Shown one piece after another: positions 57,899 through 64,000 of a stretch of DNA of 64,000 bases. The notes beneath the pieces are model-generated. The model had not been told where the DNA came from. It was given only the letters and a program-made list of their open reading frames with translations, and searched no databases. Source of the DNA: a virus. Its lineage: Duplodnaviria; Caudoviricetes. Within the stretch, counting starts at the first letter, position 1. The number at the start of each line of letters is the position of its first letter. The position numbers were made by a program, and so were the translations under genes. The stretch is taken from IMG/VR virus record IMGVR_UViG_2744054526_000001, positions 16,391-80,390 of that record; one strand, 5' to 3'.

Positions 57899-60664
57899 AT
57901 GCGTAATATCGACCTTATCCGCGAAGTGACCAGCGCCGCAGCAGGGCGCTGGCCTTATGTACTGGCTGGCCTGTCTATCGACGTGCCTGATTCATCGCGC
58001 CGCCATTCCCCATGCCCTGCATGTGGTGGAAAAGACCGTTTCAGATTCGACGACAACGGGCGCGGTAGCTTTATCTGCAACCAATGCGGCGCTGGCGACG
58101 GGCTGGACTTAATCAAACGGGTGAACAACTGCGACACCACAGAGGCGGCGCACCTTGCCGCCGATGTGCTGGGTATTGATTACCGGGCCGCAGAATCAGC
58201 ACCAGACGCTGCCAGCCAGAGACAGACGCAGTTAGCCGCAGACCGCCAGCAGCGTGAGCAGGAGCGCCAGAAACAGGCAGCAGAGGACGCAGAGCAGCGA
58301 AGGGCTACGTTTGCCCGTCTGTATACCGGAATGCGCCTGAGATCCATACAGGGAGAATCTGAGTACCTGCAATCAAAAGGGCTGACCGGGTTTAAATACC
58401 CGCTTATGCCCGATGGTTCGTTATTGCTGGAGCTGGTGGACGAGTCCGGCGCAGTGGCAGCAGCGCAGACCATTACACCGCATGGAGAAAAGCGACTCCT
58501 GACAGGTTCAGCAAAGCGCGGGGCATATCACGCCGTAAACGCGCCAGAATCGCCGCAGAGCGTTTTAATTGCCGAAGGGCTGGCGACGGCCCTTTCAGTT
58601 CACCTGATGCGCCCGGACGCGCTGGCAGTGGCAGCAATTGACGCGGGCAACCTGCTACCCGTTGCCGAAGTGATGCGCCGTAAACACCCGAAGGCGCAAA
58701 TTATTATCGCCGCAGACAACGACCACCACCAAAACGGAGAAGCCAATACAGGCAGGGAGGCCGCAGAGAAAGCCGCCTTATCCGTGGCTGGCTGGGTATC
58801 AATGCCACCGACAGACTACAAAGCCGACTGGAACGACCACCACCAGAAAAACGGGCTGGAAGTCGCTACGGCTGCGTTTAACGATTCGATGTACCAGATT
58901 CAAGGGGAAGCCGTGAAACCACGATTGCAGGCCATTGAGGGCGGTAAAACTGACCATCCAGAGAAAGACCCACTAAAACCCCACATTGAGAGCCGCAAAG
59001 ATGGCGTTTTCTGGGTAACGCCGAAGGTGGACAAGGAAAGCGGGGAGATCATCAACGCTGAAAGCTGGTTATGTTCACCGTTGGAGGTTATCGGCACGGG
59101 ACGCGACGACAAAGATCAGTATCTTATTATCTCATGGCTGGCATTCGGTGCAGGCATACCGACAACAGCGGCTATCCCGCTGGCTGATATTGGCGAGCGT
59201 GAAGGCTGGCGCACCCTGAAAGCTGGTGGCGTCAACGTCACAACGAAAAACAGCTTACGGGCGATTCTTGCCGACTGGTTACAGCGAAGCGGCTCGCGTG
59301 AATTGTGGCGCGTTGCTCATGCTACAGGCTGGCAGTGCGGGGCATACATCATGCCGGACGGGGAAATTATCGGCACACCTGGGCGCCCTGTTTTGTTCAG
59401 CGGGCGCAGTTCAGCCGCTGCCGGGTATACCGTAGCAGGAACGCCGGAAAGCTGGCGTAACAGTGTTGCGCGGCTGGCATACGGTAATTACGCGATGATG
59501 ACAGGCATCGCCGCAGCACTGGCAGCGCCATTAATCGGGGTGGCAGATCGTGACGGATTCGGGATTCATTTTTATGAGCAATCGAGCGCCGGGAAAACAA
59601 CCACGCAGAACGTGGCGAGCAGTCTTTACGGCAACCCTGATGCCTTGCGCCTGACGTGGTACGGGACGGCGCTGGGGCTGATAAACGAGGCCGCCGCCCA
59701 CAATGACGGGCTGATGCCACTGGATGAAGTCGGACAGGGCGCAGACCCGATAAGCGTTTCACAGTCTGCCTATGCTCTTTTTAACGGCGTGGGGAAATTG
59801 CAGGGAGCAAAGGAAGGCGGCAACCGGGATCTAAAGCGCTGGCGTACCGTGGCAATCAGTACCGGGGAAATGGATTTAGAAACGTTTATCGCCACCGCAG
59901 GACGCAAGACAAAAGCGGGGCAACTGGTGCGCTTGCTGAATATCCCGTTAAGTAAGGCGGTGCGCTTTCATGAACACCAGACAGGGAAAGAACACGCCGA
60001 CGCGCTGAAAGATGCTTATCAGCACCATCATGGCGCTGCCGGGAGGGAGTGGATCAGATGGCTTTCAGACCACCAGCAACAGGCGATTGATGCCGTTCGT
60101 GAGTGTGAGGCCCGCTGGCGCAGTCTAATCCCTGCCGACTATGGGGAACAGGTTCACCGTGTAGGGGCAAGATTTGCCATTCTGGAGGCCGCTTTACTGA
60201 TGGGTGGCGTGGTTACTGGCTGGGATGCTCAAACGTGTCGGGATGCGATACAGCAAAGCTACAACGCATGGCTGAAAGAGTTCGGCACGGGGAACAAAGA
60301 GCACCAGCAGATCATCGAGCAGACGGAGGCGTTTTTAAATGCCTATGGGCTGAGTCGATTCGCGCCGCTGCCTTACGACCCCGCCAGCCTGCCGATTCAT
60401 AATCTGGCTGGATACAGGCAGCGCGGAAATCATGACGATTCACCGATAACGTTTTACACGTTCCCCGACACTTTCGATAAGGATATTGCTAAGGGGTTTA
60501 ACAGGCAGCAGGTGGCCCGCGTCCTGAAAGAATCGGGGATGCTTACCCCTTCGGCAGACGGAAAAAAATTTCAGAGGAAAAGCCCGCGCATTCAGGGGAG
60601 GCAGATTAACGTTTACGTTTTGCAATTCCTGCCGGATGGGGAGGAAAGCCAGCCAGAGCAATAA
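57899..60664 (+). CDS. Primase-helicase (Zn ribbon, TOPRIM, DUF927-like helicase)
   Basis: CPACGGKDRF...CNQCGAGDG, AEGLATA, AADND, DWND, SSAGKTT, LDEVGQ. Confidence 0.92.
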   Translation: MRNIDLIREVTSAAAGRWPYVLAGLSIDVPDSSRRHSPCPACGGKDRFRFDDNGRGSFICNQCGAGDGLDLIKRVNNCDTTEAAHLAADVLGIDYRAAESAPDAASQRQTQLAADRQQREQERQKQAAEDAEQRRATFARLYTGMRLRSIQGESEYLQSKGLTGFKYPLMPDGSLLLELVDESGAVAAAQTITPHGEKRLLTGSAKRGAYHAVNAPESPQSVLIAEGLATALSVHLMRPDALAVAAIDAGNLLPVAEVMRRKHPKAQIIIAADNDHHQNGEANTGREAAEKAALSVAGWVSMPPTDYKADWNDHHQKNGLEVATAAFNDSMYQIQGEAVKPRLQAIEGGKTDHPEKDPLKPHIESRKDGVFWVTPKVDKESGEIINAESWLCSPLEVIGTGRDDKDQYLIISWLAFGAGIPTTAAIPLADIGEREGWRTLKAGGVNVTTKNSLRAILADWLQRSGSRELWRVAHATGWQCGAYIMPDGEIIGTPGRPVLFSGRSSAAAGYTVAGTPESWRNSVARLAYGNYAMMTGIAAALAAPLIGVADRDGFGIHFYEQSSAGKTTTQNVASSLYGNPDALRLTWYGTALGLINEAAAHNDGLMPLDEVGQGADPISVSQSAYALFNGVGKLQGAKEGGNRDLKRWRTVAISTGEMDLETFIATAGRKTKAGQLVRLLNIPLSKAVRFHEHQTGKEHADALKDAYQHHHGAAGREWIRWLSDHQQQAIDAVRECEARWRSLIPADYGEQVHRVGARFAILEAALLMGGVVTGWDAQTCRDAIQQSYNAWLKEFGTGNKEHQQIIEQTEAFLNAYGLSRFAPLPYDPASLPIHNLAGYRQRGNHDDSPITFYTFPDTFDKDIAKGFNRQQVARVLKESGMLTPSADGKKFQRKSPRIQGRQINVYVLQFLPDGEESQPEQ

Positions 60665-60691
60665 TCTTTTTCACGTGCGAGGTTTTTTGTG

Positions 60692-60947
60692 GTAGTTCAG
60701 GTGGTTCAGGTGGTTCAGTAAGTAATTATTATTGATTTATAATGTTTTTTTGTAAGAAAGTGAACCACCACTGAACCACCAAACGGGTATTTTGAACCAC
60801 CAGAGAGAAACGGATTATTTTCACTGGCTGGAAGTGAACCACCAAGCAGGGCGACTGAACCACCAGATAAATTAAAAAGGTGGTTCAGCAAAACCCAGAG
60901 CTGGCGCGACCTAGAGGGATACTGAACCACTGAACCACCTGAACCAC
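60692..60947. repeat. Putative replication origin with TGAACCAC iterons
   Basis: 8 forward copies (60761, 60772, 60793, 60835, 60856, 60923, 60931, 60940), 3 reverse (60701, 60710, 60880), 1 degenerate; AT-rich gap 60721-60760. Confidence 0.85.
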
Positions 60948-61052
60948 CAACTTTTTTGTTTATATACAAAAAAATCTGGCGAAGGTGTCCCACAATAAGA
61001 CGGAGCCGGGTAATCTTCATTAGCAAAACTAATAATTCGAGGTATTCGCAAA

Positions 61053-61514
61053 ATGACAGCACAGATATCAGCCTACGGGCGTTTAGTCGCAGACCCGCAG
61101 ACCCGCACCACAGCAAACGGTACAAGCATGGCGATGGGACGGTTGGCGGTGGCACTGCCCTGCCATGCAGCAGAGGGCGGAGAGGTTACTTTCTGGCTGG
61201 GCGTGGTGGCATTCGGCAAACAGGCCGACGCACTGGCAGGACACGTTAAAGGCGATTTAGTCAGTGTTGCCGGAGCGATGCAGGTCAATCAGTGGGCGGG
61301 CAAGGATGGCGGTACACAGCAAGGCTATCAGGTAGTAGCCGACAGCGTGATCAGCGCCAGAACGGTACGCCCCGGCGGGAAGCGGGCCGAATCAGTCAAA
61401 GCAAGCGGAGCCAGCAGAGGCCACGCAACACAATCCGCGCCGGGATGGGAGTTATATAACACCCCTGATGATTTTGACCAGCGCCCGCCGTTTGATGATG
61501 AAGATCCATTCTGA
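61053..61514 (+). CDS. ssb: Single-stranded DNA-binding protein
   Basis: GRLVADP, VVAFG..A, KGD.V.V.G OB fold; acidic FDDEDPF tail. Confidence 0.9.
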   Translation: MTAQISAYGRLVADPQTRTTANGTSMAMGRLAVALPCHAAEGGEVTFWLGVVAFGKQADALAGHVKGDLVSVAGAMQVNQWAGKDGGTQQGYQVVADSVISARTVRPGGKRAESVKASGASRGHATQSAPGWELYNTPDDFDQRPPFDDEDPF

Positions 61515-61525
61515 GGGATATAAGC

Positions 61526-61837
61526 ATGGTAAACGACAGCAAAGCCGGGGCTTTGGAGGCAAAGGGGCTGTATCGCAGGGCAGCTACACGCTGGCAGGAA
61601 GTCATGATGCTTTGTGCTAAGGACGATGATCGGGAATGGGTAAAGCAGCGCCGTGATATGTGTCTGACGAACGTGAAGCGCCCGCCAGTGAAAACCGATG
61701 ATTACGGCGATCTGCATAAAGCAGTCACTGAGACACAACACCGCATGGGGATAGCGCAACCGAACGGTAACGCCTTCCGGTTAAATGGCGGTAAGAAGCA
61801 ACGACAGACCACCAGCGGGAGCGACAGTTCGCAGTAA
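61526..61837 (+). CDS. PerC-family transcriptional activator
   Basis: A..LE.KGLYRRAA.RW.EV. Confidence 0.88.
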   Translation: MVNDSKAGALEAKGLYRRAATRWQEVMMLCAKDDDREWVKQRRDMCLTNVKRPPVKTDDYGDLHKAVTETQHRMGIAQPNGNAFRLNGGKKQRQTTSGSDSSQ

Positions 61838-62458
61838 GGTTCGCACCAGAACGGCTGTAAATTCTGGACTGTTCTTGACAGATTTTAAACCCTAGTAGCG
61901 CTAAACCCGCGCCAGTCGTGGGCTGGAAGCCAGAACGTGATTTAGGTTGTCAAAAATATTCTGGTTCGCGCCATTGGTTCGCAGTACGCAGTCAGGTACG
62001 CAGCAAAACTGCGCATTCAGCGTGCGTACCATCTGACGAATTCTAACGGCGGCATTGCGAATGCGTCGTAAATTGCGCAGGGAGTGGTTGAGAAACTTTA
62101 TTTCCTGCCAGTGTTCACAGGTGCGTAAAATTGCGTGATACGAAACCGATTCGCAGTTGCGTACCAGCCTGTAAGCCGCATTATCGCTGGGTTTCTACAG
62201 TCGAAAGCAGTACGCAAAGTGAAAAATCCTCCAAATACGAAACCCGAATATTGCGCAGTAAATTGCGAATTGCGCAGTTCACAAAAAATCTGCGCAAAAC
62301 GAAACGGATACCAATGCGCAAACCATCCTGAAACCCGCTCCATTACTGGATTTATAGATATACAGTGCGCAAAATAGTGCACAATTCGCAGTCAAATACG
62401 CATATTATTTCGTATTCATTTTTGCGCACCGTTCGTAGTTAATGCGCAGTAATTCGCA
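61828..62458. repeat. Non-coding array of about 28 TDCGHA hexamers
   Basis: TGCGCA/TTCGCA/TACGCA/TGCGAA/TGCGTA/TACGAA/TTCGTA counted by eye. Confidence 0.85.
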
Positions 62459-62470
62459 GGAGGCCAGCCA

Positions 62471-63082
62471 GTGAGAGACAGAACGCGCAGCTATACCACC
62501 GACCTGCCCCGTATAGGCTTGCCATTCCTTGCGAACATGCGTAGCAGGCTGGCGGACGCTGAACAGGGTACGCAGCTTTATACCCAGACCGAAAGCGGAA
62601 CGTTGTATACCTTCCGGCAAGCCGACAGCTACGCCATGACAATCAACGGCGTGACGCGGGCGATTCGCACCACAACCACACAGGCCGGGTATGGCGTGCG
62701 GGAATGGTACGTTTGCCCCCATTGCGTGAAACGGGTAGCGAAGCTGTATATCGGCAAGAAAGACATTGGCTGCCGGGCGTGCTGGAAACTTCACTATAAA
62801 AGCCAGAGCGCCGACAAACTGGACAGGATGCGCATGAAGATACGCCAACAGCGATACGCGATATGGGGCAACAATGACCTTACCAACAACCTGTTTAATG
62901 ATATTCGCATGTTCCCAAAACCAAAGGGGATGCGCTGGGCTACGTTTGACAGGAAGCGGGCAGAGTTGTCAGCAATGGAGGTGGCTTACTGGCAGGCATT
63001 CAGTCCGGTAGTAGATAGAATCACGGGCGTGATTGAGCGTAAGGCGGGGAAAGCGGCGCGAGCTATAGGGCTGGAGTTGTAG
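62471..63082 (+). CDS. Basic Zn-finger hypothetical protein
   Basis: AGGAGG RBS, GTG start; WYVCPHC..R..KLY....CRAC..L.Y.SQ and PKPKGM motifs. Confidence 0.8.
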   Translation: MRDRTRSYTTDLPRIGLPFLANMRSRLADAEQGTQLYTQTESGTLYTFRQADSYAMTINGVTRAIRTTTTQAGYGVREWYVCPHCVKRVAKLYIGKKDIGCRACWKLHYKSQSADKLDRMRMKIRQQRYAIWGNNDLTNNLFNDIRMFPKPKGMRWATFDRKRAELSAMEVAYWQAFSPVVDRITGVIERKAGKAARAIGLEL

Positions 63083-63151
63083 CGATATTCTGGTTTTCTG
63101 ACATAATTATGTAAAATCAGCCAGTTACCCACCATAGCAGGAGCTGCCATA

Positions 63152-63337
63152 GTGACACCACAGGAGATAGCAGCACTGACAGCCGCTAAACTGGAGCATG
63201 AAGGCCGCCAGCTTACCCCGGCAGAGGTTCGGGAAATGGAGCGCATTATTGAAGCTGATACAGCCCGGCGCAAACGGTTCGGGGAGATGATGCGATCACC
63301 CGCCTACCAGTGGAGGAAGCCAGCGCCGCGCAGGTAG
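63152..63337 (+). CDS. Small hypothetical protein
   Basis: 61 aa, AGGAG RBS, GTG start. Confidence 0.55.
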   Translation: MTPQEIAALTAAKLEHEGRQLTPAEVREMERIIEADTARRKRFGEMMRSPAYQWRKPAPRR

Positions 63338-63457
63338 ATACGGGATTATTCCGCATGTAACTTATGCGTATTAAGCAAATTTCCTTTATTCACCTTTACA
63401 GAATTGTGAGTGCGTCAGTATCGTTATCCTTCCGATTCGCATTTATTCAGGATTTGC

Positions 63458-64000
63458 ATGTACCAGCTAAAGATAACCATCCGAGACAGCAAACCACCTA
63501 TATGGCGGCGTGTGCTGGTTCCAGAGCAAATCCCCTTTAGTGAACTTCACGCGGTGATCCAGTTGGCTTTTGGCTGGAATGACGAACATCTGTATATGTT
63601 CGAGAAAGGGCGTAAAGGTGATCCCGGTAGCGAGTATCGCGTATGGGGTGAGGATGAAAGCATGGGTAATGCGGCAATCACACCACTATGGGCAGCGCTC
63701 CAGAATGATGGTGACAAGCTGGTTTACACGTATGACTTTGGCGACTGGTGGGATTGCGTCATTGTGCTGGAGAAGCAAACACACGATACGAGTAATCAGC
63801 CCATTAGCTGCCTGCGTGGGAAAGGCACCACCCCGGCGGAAAACTCAGGCGGCTTGCATGGTTACAATGAATTGCTATTACAGGCCAGAGAGTCTGATAA
63901 TCCTGAGCAGGCCGAGATCCACAATTTCCTGATGCTGGATATTGAACGCCGGGTTTACGACCTGAGCCGCATCAACGACAGATTGCAGGCTATTAACTGA
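63458..64000 (+). CDS. pRiA4b ORF-3-family protein
   Basis: YQLKI.....PPIWRR..VP, LH..IQ.AFGW...HLY.F, Y.YDFGD.W, P.E..GG..GY. Confidence 0.9.
   Translation: MYQLKITIRDSKPPIWRRVLVPEQIPFSELHAVIQLAFGWNDEHLYMFEKGRKGDPGSEYRVWGEDESMGNAAITPLWAALQNDGDKLVYTYDFGDWWDCVIVLEKQTHDTSNQPISCLRGKGTTPAENSGGLHGYNELLLQARESDNPEQAEIHNFLMLDIERRVYDLSRINDRLQAIN

Larger units (their letters stand above)
52128..64000 (+). mobile_element. P4-integrase/PICI-like phage satellite (right end outside window)
   Basis: int-alpA-antA-ash/icd-primase/helicase-ori-ssb-perC order directly after the tRNA 3' fragment. Confidence 0.85.

Noticed and set aside
60715-61155. Minus-strand ORF with GGS repeats
   Set aside because: The repeats are translations of the origin iterons and the ORF overlaps ssb antisense.
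61828-62458. CRISPR array or protein-coding ORFs (62098-62382, 62131-62331, 62135-62377)
   Set aside because: Repeats are 6-bp degenerate with irregular spacing, there are no cas genes, and the overlapping short ORFs lack RBS and recognisable motifs.

Overview
Enterobacterial chromosomal window made entirely of three mobile elements stacked in tandem at a tRNA-Thr(CGT)/thrW-type attachment site. 3' tRNA fragments at 25907-25952 and 52079-52127 mark the junctions; the intact tRNA is not in the window. (1) 1-25952: lysis, head and contractile-tail region of a temperate myovirus-like prophage. It carries a programmed -1 frameshift chaperone, a TPR + HEPN-like two-gene moron with its own promoter and terminator inside the baseplate operon, an acyltransferase-3 gene (probably O-antigen acetylase) and a LexA-boxed dinI/msgA-like gene. 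(2) 25953-52127: a CP4-6-like integrative element with the ykfI/yafW/ykfH/ykfG/yafX/ykfF/yafZ/ykfA-like block, yagK-like HUH gene and intF-like integrase. Its defence cargo is an HNH + C5-methyltransferase pair (M.NgoMIV/M.NaeI-like, LexA box upstream), a Lamassu/ABC-three-component system, an orphan Zn-ribbon gene and qatABCD. (3) 52128 to beyond 64000: a P4-integrase/PICI-like satellite with int, alpA, antA/B, ash/icd plus C4-like antisense RNA, primase-helicase, iteron origin, ssb and perC, and no capsid or terminase genes in view. The least explained signals are a small satellite protein ending in a near-exact copy of the host SSB tail (EPPMDFDDDIPF) next to an operator array, a ~630 bp array of about 28 TDCGHA hexamers before a Zn-finger gene, the TPR-HEPN moron, and a perfect 36-bp palindrome beside the HUH genes. 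All family calls come from recognising motifs by eye, not from database searches.
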